From an uncultured delta proteobacterium (GTDB lineage Bacteria; Desulfobacterota; Desulfobacteria; Desulfobacterales; B30-G6), in contig CAWGLD010000001.1 in NCBI GenBank assembly GCA_963823335.1, positions 1,248,001 to 1,312,000 on the forward strand: a stretch of DNA of 64,000 nucleotides, written 5' to 3'. The notes below the pieces were generated by a model that saw only the letters and a list, made by a program, of their open reading frames with translations, made no database searches and had not been told where the DNA came from. Shown here in pieces: positions 29,985 to 38,967 of the stretch. Made by a program: the position numbers and the translations under genes. Position 1 is the first letter of the stretch. Each line of letters starts with the position of its first letter.

Positions 29985-30680
29985 TCATCCAGACGACAAA
30001 GTGTGTTTTTCCAGGATTGTCTGCGACGACATGGCCTTGATAATAAATCTGGTTTGAATGTCAATATATCCGTCAATACTGTAATGGCTCGACAAAAACC
30101 ACCTCCGGAAAGTCCACATGTGTCCCAGGACCGAGATATTATGGGCCATGATTTCGATGGTCTTTTCATCGAGACCCGATAATTCTCCTGAGTCCACCAG
30201 CTCTGCCAGAACGCGTACGAGAATTCCGGTGATGCGAAGCTCGTTTTCCAGGACCCGTTTTCGCCAGACTGTTGGCAGAGACCGGGTTTCCTGATAAATC
30301 AAAAGGATTAGATCACTCATTCTGTGACATACCAGAAAAAATTCACGAATAACTTCAGCCAGCACTTCCTTGCCACCGGTGGTGCGCTTCATGGCGTTTG
30401 CCACACCTTTTTCCACTTCGGCGTGAATGGACTCGCAGACCAGATACAAGACATCTTCTTTGGACGTTACGTACTCATAGAGCGATCCGATAGAAAAACC
30501 AGCGGCCCTGGCGATCTGTCTAGTGGTCGTTTTATGAAAACCCTGGGCGATGAACAAGGTGGCTGCCGCGTCTACAATTTGCCGTCGCCGTCGTTCAACC
30601 AGGTCAGGGTTTTTGATTTGGGTTGGAACATCCCGCGTCCGGATTAAATGTTGGTTCATAGGAATTGTCCTGGATGCCAT
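29985..30680 (-). CDS. TetR family regulator
   Basis: GFHKTTTRQIA...GSLYEYV HTH; the start could be 30659. Confidence 0.92.
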   Translation of the reverse strand: MASRTIPMNQHLIRTRDVPTQIKNPDLVERRRRQIVDAAATLFIAQGFHKTTTRQIARAAGFSIGSLYEYVTSKEDVLYLVCESIHAEVEKGVANAMKRTTGGKEVLAEVIREFFLVCHRMSDLILLIYQETRSLPTVWRKRVLENELRITGILVRVLAELVDSGELSGLDEKTIEIMAHNISVLGHMWTFRRWFLSSHYSIDGYIDIQTRFIIKAMSSQTILEKHTLSSG

Positions 30681-30691
30681 CCGTTTTTGGG

Positions 30692-30747
30692 TTGTTGAGC
30701 GAGCGCTCGGTCAACAAACACTATCACGGCCTGTTTTTTATTGTCAA
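30692..30747 (-). promoter_or_regulatory. tetR promoter with palindromic operator
   Basis: TTGACA-N18-TAGTGT followed directly by TTGTTGAGCGAGCGCTCGGTCAACAA. Confidence 0.8.
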
Positions 30748-30887
30748 GTCTTTAGATATCTGTGCCGGGCGACGTCTTCTGGCGCAGGGATATTTGTTTT
30801 TTAAATATTAAAAATTTCAGTTAGATAAAGACCTTGTGCCCGGATGTGCATGGGCCGGACAACGGGTTTGGATTCCATATAAAGCTG

Positions 30888-30939
30888 TTGACAAAACAGC
30901 CCAAATAATAATAGGGTAATCCGACCGAGCGCTCGTTCA
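30888..30939 (+). promoter_or_regulatory. ACAD-operon promoter with second operator
   Basis: TTGACA-N18-TAGGGT then CGACCGAGCGCTCGTTCA. Confidence 0.75.
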
Positions 30940-30977
30940 GTATTGATCATCTAAATTTGTTGACAAAGGAGGACCGG

Positions 30978-32126
30978 GTGGATTTTGACTTAAGCATCGA
31001 ACAAGAAATGATTCGAAAGGAAGTCCGCAAGTTTGCCAGGAAAGAAATTGCACCGATTGCTGCCGAACTGGATGAAAATGAAGAATTTTCATCCACGATA
31101 ACACGGAAAATGGGAGAAATCGGTCTTTTCGGTATGATTGTTCCCGAGGCATATGGGGGGCAGGGCTTGGATTATCTTTCCTACATCATTGCCGTCGAGG
31201 AGATCGCCAGAGTCGACGGATCCCAGGCAGCCACCATTGCAGCCGGCAACTCACTGGGTATCGGTCCTCTTTACTATTTTGGTAATGATGAACAAAAGAA
31301 ACGATATCTGCCTCGACTCTGTTCCGGAGAGGGTTTGTGGGGATTCGGACTTACTGAGCCAACCGCAGGTTCCGATGCAGGGGGGAGTAAGACCACTGCT
31401 GTGTTCGAAGGCAATGAATGGGTTTTAAACGGCTCGAAAATTTTTATTACCAATGCGGCCTGCGATCTTTCCATGGGCGTAACAGTTCAGGCCATAACAG
31501 GTACGAGACCTAATGGGAAACCGGAGTATACCTGTTTTTTAGTGGAACATGGGACGCCTGGGTTCAAAGCGGTCCCCATGCACAGGAAGCTGATGTGGCG
31601 GGCTTCCAGTACAGCAGAACTCTATTTTGATAACGTTCGAATACCCAGGGAGAACATCCTGGGAAACAAGGGGGACGGTTTTCACCAGATGCTGCAAACC
31701 CTTGATGGCGGGCGGCTTTCCATCGCTGCCATGGGGCTTGGCGGCGCCCAGGGCGCCTATGAGGCTGGTTTGAAGTATGCCAAGGAGCGCCGGCAGTTCG
31801 GCCAGCCCATCTCAAAATTCCAGGCCATTGCTTTCAAGCTGGCAGACTGTGCCATGGAGATAGAGTGTGCCAGAAATCTTTTGTACAAAGCCTGCTGGCT
31901 GAGGGACCGCAAAAGGCCGTTTGAAAAGGAAGCCGCCATGGCCAAGCTATACTGTTCGGAGGTTATGGGAAGGGTGGCTGATCATGCGGTCCAGATTCAC
32001 GGTGGGTATGGGCTGATGAAGGAGTATGACGTGGAAAGATTTTATCGGGATCAGAAACTCCTGGAGATCGGAGAAGGGACTTCGGAAGTACAACGGATTG
32101 TTATCTCCCGGTATATCGGATGTTAG
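30978..32126 (+). CDS. Acyl-CoA dehydrogenase (possibly branched-chain)
   Basis: FGLTEPTAGSD, GGRLSIAA, HGGYG, IGEGTSEVQ; GTG after AAGGAGG. Confidence 0.95.
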   Translation: MDFDLSIEQEMIRKEVRKFARKEIAPIAAELDENEEFSSTITRKMGEIGLFGMIVPEAYGGQGLDYLSYIIAVEEIARVDGSQAATIAAGNSLGIGPLYYFGNDEQKKRYLPRLCSGEGLWGFGLTEPTAGSDAGGSKTTAVFEGNEWVLNGSKIFITNAACDLSMGVTVQAITGTRPNGKPEYTCFLVEHGTPGFKAVPMHRKLMWRASSTAELYFDNVRIPRENILGNKGDGFHQMLQTLDGGRLSIAAMGLGGAQGAYEAGLKYAKERRQFGQPISKFQAIAFKLADCAMEIECARNLLYKACWLRDRKRPFEKEAAMAKLYCSEVMGRVADHAVQIHGGYGLMKEYDVERFYRDQKLLEIGEGTSEVQRIVISRYIGC

Positions 32127-32198
32127 TTTAGACGGTAGGTTTTTAGGCTGTAGACTATTAGCGGTAAACAGCCTACAGCCGAATAGTCTATAGCCTAT
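32125..32198. repeat. Inverted heptamer repeat hairpin
   Basis: TAGACGG/TAGGTTT/TAGGCTG/TAGACTA versus CAGCCTA/CAGCCGA/TAGTCTA/TAGCCTA. Confidence 0.7.
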
Positions 32199-32215
32199 CA
32201 CGCTAAAAAATAGGA

Positions 32216-33004
32216 GTGACCATGGAAAATGACGTATTGTTGACGGAGGAAAAAGACGGCATATTGATCCTCACATTGAATCGACCGGAGATTATGAATT
32301 CGCTCAATTTCAAGATGCTGCATGCGTTGAAAGCGCAGATCGAGGCTGTACGTTTCAATACCGACATACGGGTGGTTATTATTTCCGGTGCAGGAGAAAA
32401 AGCCTTTTGCGCAGGGGCGGATTTAAAAGAACGGGTGACGTTGACGCCGATTCAGGTAAAAGAATTTATTACCACCATCCGGAATCTGTTTACCGCCATA
32501 GAGGAGTTGAACAAGCCTGTCATCGCGGCCGTTAATGGCGTTGCCCTGGGGGGTGGCACCGAACTGGCCCTTGCATGCGATATTCGTATCGCCTCTTCCA
32601 GCGCAACCATGGGGCTCACAGAAACCCGGCTGGCCATTATACCCGGTGCCGGCGGGACACAGAGACTCCCAAGACTGGTGGGAAAGGGAAAGGCCAAAGA
32701 ACTCATTTTCATGGGTCTGCGTATCGATGCAGCAGAGGCCAGGCAAATCGGGCTTGTCAATCGAACCTGTAAGCCGGAAGCGTTGCTGGGAGAGGCCATC
32801 GCTATGGCAGAGACCATATGCGAAGCCGGCCCCATTGCCATCGAGCAGGCCAAATATGCCATCAACTGCGGTCTGGAAACGGATCTACACACCGGTCTGG
32901 CCATTGAATCGAATGCATACTGGATCACCATCCCTACGGAAGACAGGCTGGAAGGCCTCGCTGCCTTTCGCGAGAAGCGTAAGCCGGTTTACAAAGGTAA
33001 ATAA
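32216..33004 (+). CDS. Enoyl-CoA hydratase (methylglutaconyl-CoA hydratase-like)
   Basis: AFCAGADLKER, ALGGGTE, ETRLAIIPGAGGTQRL. Confidence 0.92.
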   Translation: MTMENDVLLTEEKDGILILTLNRPEIMNSLNFKMLHALKAQIEAVRFNTDIRVVIISGAGEKAFCAGADLKERVTLTPIQVKEFITTIRNLFTAIEELNKPVIAAVNGVALGGGTELALACDIRIASSSATMGLTETRLAIIPGAGGTQRLPRLVGKGKAKELIFMGLRIDAAEARQIGLVNRTCKPEALLGEAIAMAETICEAGPIAIEQAKYAINCGLETDLHTGLAIESNAYWITIPTEDRLEGLAAFREKRKPVYKGK

Positions 33005-33040
33005 GACTAATAATAATGAACGCTTAACGGCACAATTTGA

Positions 33041-33212
33041 ATCACGAAAACACGAAACTTGGAAAGCTCGAAAAGAAATATATATTCGGAGCGTTACCTT
33101 ATATTTAATTTGCAGGCTATTAATATTTTAGTTTCATCCCAAGCAAAGGATTTGATCTTGAAAAATTAAGCAATCATTTTTTCGTGTTTTCGACATTTCG
33201 TGTTTTCGTGAT
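33041..33212. repeat. Inverted CACGAAA-type oligomer repeats around an AT-rich spacer
   Basis: ATCACGAAAACACGAAA ... TTTCGTGTTTTCGTGAT. Confidence 0.7.
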
Positions 33213-33258
33213 ATAAAAAATATTCATTTTACCTGAAACAAGAAAGGAGTAAAAAAAA

Positions 33259-34416
33259 ATGACGGAATACGATTACTGGAAAATATTTCCACGGATGCCC
33301 AGAAAAGTCACCATTGGCGACATCACCGTTCGAGACGGGTTTCAACATCTGGAAAAATTCATTTCCACCCGGGCCAAGATATTTTATGCCGAGGAACTGA
33401 TTTTTGCAGGGTGCCGCAACATCGAGGTTACCAATCTGGGAAATGCCTATCTGATGCCCCAGTTCAGCGATGCCGAAGATCTCCTGGCGCACCTCAGGAG
33501 TGATCGCTTCAAGAAGCGCTGCAACGGGAAAGGTATCAACTATGATGACATCTGTATTACCGCTGTTACGATCCGTGAGACAGGTGTCGATCGTGCCATC
33601 GAACTGAAAAAGAAAGGTGTCGGCCCGGACCGCATACTCATGATGGTATCGACAGAGGAAGAACATCATTTTGCCAACTCGGGAACGACCTTGCCGGTCT
33701 ACTGGGCCGAAGCCGAGCGCTGTATCAAGAAATGCACGGATGCCGGTATCAAAATGTGCGGCACGGTCAGTACTATCTGGGGCAGCCCCATTGCCGGGGC
33801 CACGGACATGAAAGATGCCGTCGAATTTACCAAGCGCTGGCTGGAAATCGGTGCATCCGACATCGAACATGCCGATCATGACGGAAGTGCCTCCGCACCG
33901 GAGGTCTACCGGTATTTTTCAATGATACTGGATGAAATACCGAACACAGACCTGCACATTGCCCATTTTCATGAGACCAAACGGGTTGCCTCAGCGTCTG
34001 TGTTGGCTGCGCTGCATGCAGGTATTACACACTTTGAAGGAACCCTGGGCGGACTCGGTGGCCAACCTGCCAATTTTCTGGATGACTGCCCGGTACCGGG
34101 AACCGGAGAGTATTATTACAAAGACCCTAGATATGTCGGACTCACCTGCCTGGAAGACATGCTGGTTCAGGTGGATGAAATGGGTATCGAACATGGCTAC
34201 GATGTGGATCGGATACTGTGGCTGGGCAGACAACTCGAGCGGACGGTGGGGCACCGGTTGCGTTCGGAAGCAGCCATTAACGGCCGAACCTTGAAAGAAG
34301 GCCATATGGAATTTTCAAGACCGGGATTAAAAAAACTCAAAGAAAAAATCGGTGAAACCCCCGACCAGATGTTTCCCGAAGGATGGAGCTCCAAGGCGAG
34401 GCTTCCCCAGGGATAG
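33259..34416 (+). CDS. HMG-CoA-lyase-like (DRE-TIM metallolyase) protein
   Basis: VRDGFQ and HFH metal motifs; GLGGQP instead of GLGGCP. Confidence 0.85.
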   Translation: MTEYDYWKIFPRMPRKVTIGDITVRDGFQHLEKFISTRAKIFYAEELIFAGCRNIEVTNLGNAYLMPQFSDAEDLLAHLRSDRFKKRCNGKGINYDDICITAVTIRETGVDRAIELKKKGVGPDRILMMVSTEEEHHFANSGTTLPVYWAEAERCIKKCTDAGIKMCGTVSTIWGSPIAGATDMKDAVEFTKRWLEIGASDIEHADHDGSASAPEVYRYFSMILDEIPNTDLHIAHFHETKRVASASVLAALHAGITHFEGTLGGLGGQPANFLDDCPVPGTGEYYYKDPRYVGLTCLEDMLVQVDEMGIEHGYDVDRILWLGRQLERTVGHRLRSEAAINGRTLKEGHMEFSRPGLKKLKEKIGETPDQMFPEGWSSKARLPQG

Positions 34417-34614
34417 ACGCTATCGATAAACTGTTTTTTAGGGTTTGTCAGAATACTGTTCCGTAACGACTTCGGCAAATAACGGCAAACAACCGCCGTT
34501 ATCCCCCGAAGCGTGGGTAAAAAACCAAACGGAACATACGTATGGCGACGGTTATATTAATAATTGATAAATCACGTCAAACAGACTAGTATGAGCATAA
34601 ATTCATAATGTGTA

Positions 34615-34811
34615 TAGAAGCCATCTCAAAAAAAGGGTTTTGGCTCCCGCAAAAAGAGCGGGATCTTCGTCAAGTTCAAGGCGGGCCCGAACTTCAACCC
34701 GCAGGTGCCCGCAGGAAATGCCCTTGGGGTGCATACTCAAGTATTCCGAGGAGTTGAAGCAAGGGACCAACACAGAAATTGGGCTAAAAAACTTTTTTGA
34801 GATAGCTTCTA
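34615..34811 (-). mobile_element. MITE-like element, family A copy 4 (internal 26-nt insert)
   Basis: TIR TAGAAGCCATCTCAAAAA / TTTTTGAGATAGCTTCTA; inverted relative of 15567-15738. Confidence 0.8.
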
Positions 34812-34866
34812 GTATAACCGATGTGTTTCCGATCACGCATGATCACCATGGGCGAGGATTTTCTTT

Positions 34867-35358
34867 ATGACCACCCTTCTGTGCTACTCACGCAACCGAT
34901 CCACAAGTGTTGAGCAGATCGATGATGAAACTCTGGTTTCCACCTGTACCCTGCAAGACACTCTCACCGAAGCATTCGTGCGGATCCATATACGATTCCC
35001 CGATTTGAAGATTCTACATGCCGAGGGAGAATTCATCCGTTCAGGCCAGAACGACTGTATCCATGCCGCAGCGGCTTTTGAGAAAATCAAGGGTGTGCGT
35101 ATCGGGGCAGGTATGAAAAAAATTATCCGGGGTCTCACCGGCGAGGTCACCACATGTCAGGAGCTACCACTCCTGATTGAAGAGGCTTGTCATGGCGTCA
35201 TTCTGGCTTTTACGAAAGATACCCTGGCCAAGGCTCCCAGGGAAAAAGCGCTGTCGACCGAGTTTTTCCAAAAAATGGTAAAGGAAAATATTCGGCTGTA
35301 CGATCGCTGTGCGGCATTTGCGCCTCCGAGTCCCTTGGTGGAGGGTCTTGAAATCTGA
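34867..35358 (+). CDS. DUF2889-like protein
   Basis: YSRNR...LQD...C...GVRIGAG...C..L...C pattern; Pfam assignment from memory. Confidence 0.65.
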   Translation: MTTLLCYSRNRSTSVEQIDDETLVSTCTLQDTLTEAFVRIHIRFPDLKILHAEGEFIRSGQNDCIHAAAAFEKIKGVRIGAGMKKIIRGLTGEVTTCQELPLLIEEACHGVILAFTKDTLAKAPREKALSTEFFQKMVKENIRLYDRCAAFAPPSPLVEGLEI

Positions 35359-35436
35359 TCTTGGAATCAATTTCAGATGCAAAGAACCCGGCAGTGATGG
35401 AGACCCAACCCGGAGAAACCGGAAAAAAAGAATTTT

Positions 35437-35496
35437 ATCACGAAATCACGAAAGTACGAAACCACGAAAACGACGATGAAACTTTTTGTGTTTTTC
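35437..35496. repeat. CACGAAA-type oligomer repeat
   Basis: TCACGAAATCACGAAAGTACGAAACCACGAAAAC; same unit as at 33041. Confidence 0.65.
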
Positions 35497-35516
35497 AAAT
35501 AGGTCAGGACAAGAGC

Positions 35517-36680
35517 ATGCTCAAGTTTCAGAGAAATAAACTGGTCAGCATTTTTCAAGAAAATCCGGATGAACTGCGGATACACGGTTTGCTGGAGGAT
35601 CATATTTTTGGACTTGAAATCGAGATGATGGTCCGAATGGACGATTTAACGATCCATTTCATTGATGGAAAATGGAATCGGGAAGAGACACCCGAGTGTT
35701 CGCGGGCCATACCGTTTTTACAGGAAGCCAAAGGTTTCAAAATTGACAGCAAAGATCTCCCCCAGCAGATCAACAAGATTGTCAGTCGAACAGCATGTCC
35801 CCATTTTGCCAACCTGCTGCTGGAGTGCTGCACGGCGACACAAGAGGCGGTTCAAGTCATCAAGTGGAAGGCAGCCAGTTCTGAACAGCCGGAACTCACT
35901 TTCGAAGCTTATGTCAGCGGTGTTCAAACCGGGGCAGCTAAAAAGCAACCCACACCACTGGTAACCAAAAAAAACCATGAGATCAAACCCTTGCCCAAGG
36001 ACGTGGAAAATCGCCAGCAGAACCGGGCGGGTGGGTTTGTCATCGATCTGCATGCCCATTCCTTTCCTGCTTCCCAGTGCAGTTCCGTCAGCGTAGACGA
36101 TCTGATTCAGGAAGCCAAACGGATTCAACTGCATGCCATATGCCTGACCGATCATAACCATGTTTGGGATCCGAAAGCGATCGAAGAGCTCAATCAAAAA
36201 CATGCTTTCCATGTTTTTGGGGGGAATGAAATCACCACCGATCAGGGGGATATGCTCGTTTTTGGCATGCATACCCCTGTGGAAGGGATCATCAAGCTCA
36301 GCGATCTCAATAAAATGGTGGCGGAGGTTGGTGGTTTCCTGATAGCGGCCCACCCCTTCAGGGGCTTTTTGGTATTCAACGCCAGTCAGATCGGGTTAAC
36401 GGTTGAAAAGGCCATGCAACGCTCCGCATATACACAGGTGCATGCGCTGGAGGTTCTGAACGGGAAAGTGACCGGAGAGGAGAATCGCTTTGCTGAAAAG
36501 GTTGCAGCAGGGCTGGGTCTTCCGGTCACCGGCGGCAGCGATGCGCACGAGATCTCTGGTGTGGGGAAGTATGCGACCCGTTTTGAACATCCCATAGAAG
36601 ACGAAAAAGAACTCGTCCAGGCATTGAAAAGCGGCCAATATGAACCTTGTGCATTTCGAAAGGAAAGAGGGTTCAAATGA
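35517..36680 (+). CDS. DUF2889-like domain fused to PHP phosphoesterase domain
   Basis: N-terminal GLLEDH...TPEC...CPHF; C-terminal DLHAHS, TDHN, AHPFR, GGSDAH; ATG 35517 after AGGA. Confidence 0.8.
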   Translation: MLKFQRNKLVSIFQENPDELRIHGLLEDHIFGLEIEMMVRMDDLTIHFIDGKWNREETPECSRAIPFLQEAKGFKIDSKDLPQQINKIVSRTACPHFANLLLECCTATQEAVQVIKWKAASSEQPELTFEAYVSGVQTGAAKKQPTPLVTKKNHEIKPLPKDVENRQQNRAGGFVIDLHAHSFPASQCSSVSVDDLIQEAKRIQLHAICLTDHNHVWDPKAIEELNQKHAFHVFGGNEITTDQGDMLVFGMHTPVEGIIKLSDLNKMVAEVGGFLIAAHPFRGFLVFNASQIGLTVEKAMQRSAYTQVHALEVLNGKVTGEENRFAEKVAAGLGLPVTGGSDAHEISGVGKYATRFEHPIEDEKELVQALKSGQYEPCAFRKERGFK

Positions 36681-38086
36681 CAGGTAAAACAGACTGGAAA
36701 AAAGTGGTCCGAAGAATGGAGCAGTTGCTACGGTTGAAATCCTTTCCAGTGGCTTTCAAGATGCTAGCCAATAAAGAAGAACTGAAGCAGATTCCCTTTC
36801 TTCGCCGAACCCAGCACAAATCAACCCTCTGCCAATTGATCACACTGGTCAGAAATTTCGACTGGACCGTAGGGGCCGATCTGGACGACTTTTTGTTTGA
36901 TGCGTGCCCTTCCATTCTGGGGCTCTGTGACATCCCCGAGATCTGCAAAGACGGCACTTTCAGAAGTATTGTGTGGGTAAAGACCAAAAAGGACGGTCAA
37001 AAATATGAGGCATCCATACCAAGGCTTCCCATGGGAAAATACCAAGCCGTTGCCATGGCGCCCCTGGTCTACAACCCCTTTGAACCGGACATCGTTCTCC
37101 TTTATGCCAACCCCGCCCAGATGATTCTGTTGATCAATGCTCTGCAGTTCGAAGATTACGAGGTCATGCAATTCTTCTGCGTTGGAGAGTCTTCCTGTTC
37201 GGACGCCATTGCCCGTTGCTACGCATCGAACAAGCCTTCTCTGACGATACCCTGTTATGGAGAGCGCCGGTATGGCCATGCTCAGGATGAGGATCTGGTG
37301 ATGGCCATTCCAACGGCCATGATGACCAAGGCACTGACGGGTCTGGAGACCCTTTATCGCAGGGGTGTCCGCTATCCCATCAGCTTTGCCGGTGCCGAGG
37401 GGGATGTGGGCCCAATGTTTCCGGCCAGTTATGCAGGATTAAAAGAAATCTCGGAAAAACTGAAAGGCGACGGCAAGCATATGCTACTGGGGGTTACGGG
37501 TGGTATTGCCAGCGGCAAGTCATCCGTTTCCGACCTGCTGTCGGAAATGGGTGCGCCGCTCATCGATTTCGATCTCCTGGCACGACAGGTGGTGGAACCC
37601 GGAACCCAGGGCTATAGGGATATCGTGGACTATTTTGGGAAACAGGTCCTTCAGGAAAGCGGCGAACTGGATCGAAAAAAACTATCCGAGGTCGTGTTCA
37701 ACGATATTGAGAAACGAAAAAAACTGGAAAGCTTTACCCACCCGTATATTTATGATGAATTTTTTAAGGAAATCGACGCGATTACCAAAAAACAGCCCGA
37801 TGCAACAATCCAGGTGTCGGTACCGCTGCTCATCGAGCTGAATCTGCAATTCCTATTTGACAAACTGCTGGTGGTACATGTAAAGCCCCAAACCCAGGCC
37901 AAAAGACTCGCCGCGCGTGATGGAATAACCCTGGCGGCTGCTGAAAACATCATGAAATCCCAGCTCCCCATCGATGAAAAAGCGAGTTATGCTGATTTTG
38001 TGATCGACAACGAAGGGACATTGGAAGACACCAGGAAACAGGTTAAAGCGGTCTGGGAATCGATCAACAAAATGCGGCAAAAGTAA
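36677..38086 (+). CDS. coaE: DUF169 domain fused to dephospho-CoA kinase
   Basis: Cys-rich N-terminus (TLCQ, ACP, SSCS, PCYGER); C-terminal GVTGGIASGKS, LDRKKL, PLLIE, VIDNEG; ATGA overlap with upstream gene. Confidence 0.85.
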   Translation: MTGKTDWKKVVRRMEQLLRLKSFPVAFKMLANKEELKQIPFLRRTQHKSTLCQLITLVRNFDWTVGADLDDFLFDACPSILGLCDIPEICKDGTFRSIVWVKTKKDGQKYEASIPRLPMGKYQAVAMAPLVYNPFEPDIVLLYANPAQMILLINALQFEDYEVMQFFCVGESSCSDAIARCYASNKPSLTIPCYGERRYGHAQDEDLVMAIPTAMMTKALTGLETLYRRGVRYPISFAGAEGDVGPMFPASYAGLKEISEKLKGDGKHMLLGVTGGIASGKSSVSDLLSEMGAPLIDFDLLARQVVEPGTQGYRDIVDYFGKQVLQESGELDRKKLSEVVFNDIEKRKKLESFTHPYIYDEFFKEIDAITKKQPDATIQVSVPLLIELNLQFLFDKLLVVHVKPQTQAKRLAARDGITLAAAENIMKSQLPIDEKASYADFVIDNEGTLEDTRKQVKAVWESINKMRQK

Positions 38087-38104
38087 TTTTCCCTGGCAAA
38101 AGGT

Positions 38105-38926
38105 GTGACCATGTACGAAGATTTTTTATATCGGGAAATTCCTACCCTCGGACCCAGGGTGTTTCGGCTTGGCCTGGCTACCAACTATGGTGTCGAGGGG
38201 GTCGATTTGGAATGGGCCCTGGAGCAGGGTGTAAACTATGTTTTTTGGACCCCCAAGGCACGACAAGTAACCCCGTCTCTCAAATCAGCGTTAAAGCGTG
38301 ATCGGGAATCCCTCATTCTGGCTTGTGGGCCGACCACCGGATATTTTGGAGGAGGTGTCAGGCGTGCTTGCGAACGATTGCTCAAGAAGCTCGGCACGGA
38401 CTATCTCGATATCTTTCAGCTTTTCTGGCTGGGTCGTACCAGCGCCTGGACGCCATCCACGATTGAAGCGTTACTCTCCCTTCGGGAATCAGGCAAGATT
38501 CGGGCTATCGGGGTGAGCATTCACGACCGGAAAAGGGCTGGAAAGCTTGCCCAGGAGTCTCCCTTGGACATGCTGATGGTCCGTTATAATGCGGCGCATA
38601 CAGGTGCCGAACAGGATATTTTTCCCTACCTGGCCAAACGTAAACCAACGATTGTTGCCTATACGGCCACACGATGGCGCGGTCTGCTTAAGCGTCCAAA
38701 AGAATGGAGCGGCCCTGTCATGACGGCATCTGACTGTTATCGTTTCTGCCTTTCCAACCCCCATGTCGATATCGTGCTCACAGGTCCTAAAAACCGTAAT
38801 CAACTCCAGGAAAATATAAGTAATCTTCGGGAAAAAGGTCCATTGACAGAAGAAGAATACCACTGGATCCGGGATTTCGGACGCATTGTTCACAGAGGTA
38901 GTTCGCGGTTTACATTTGGGTTTTAG
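38105..38926 (+). CDS. Aldo/keto reductase family protein
   Basis: LGTDYLD, GKIRAIGVSIH, RYNAAH; the start may be ATG 38111. Confidence 0.85.
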   Translation: MTMYEDFLYREIPTLGPRVFRLGLATNYGVEGVDLEWALEQGVNYVFWTPKARQVTPSLKSALKRDRESLILACGPTTGYFGGGVRRACERLLKKLGTDYLDIFQLFWLGRTSAWTPSTIEALLSLRESGKIRAIGVSIHDRKRAGKLAQESPLDMLMVRYNAAHTGAEQDIFPYLAKRKPTIVAYTATRWRGLLKRPKEWSGPVMTASDCYRFCLSNPHVDIVLTGPKNRNQLQENISNLREKGPLTEEEYHWIRDFGRIVHRGSSRFTFGF

Positions 38927-38967
38927 TCAGACGTATCACCAGCTTTACGAAAGACCGATATTATTAG

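Noticed and set aside
21860-35500. CRISPR interpretation of the intergenic repeats
   Set aside because: No constant repeat with regular unique spacers and no cas genes
35361-35516. 52-aa extension of the DUF2889-PHP ORF, and possible UGA read-through from the upstream gene
   Set aside because: The extension runs through a CACGAAA repeat; the upstream TGA is in a different frame and hits another stop soon after
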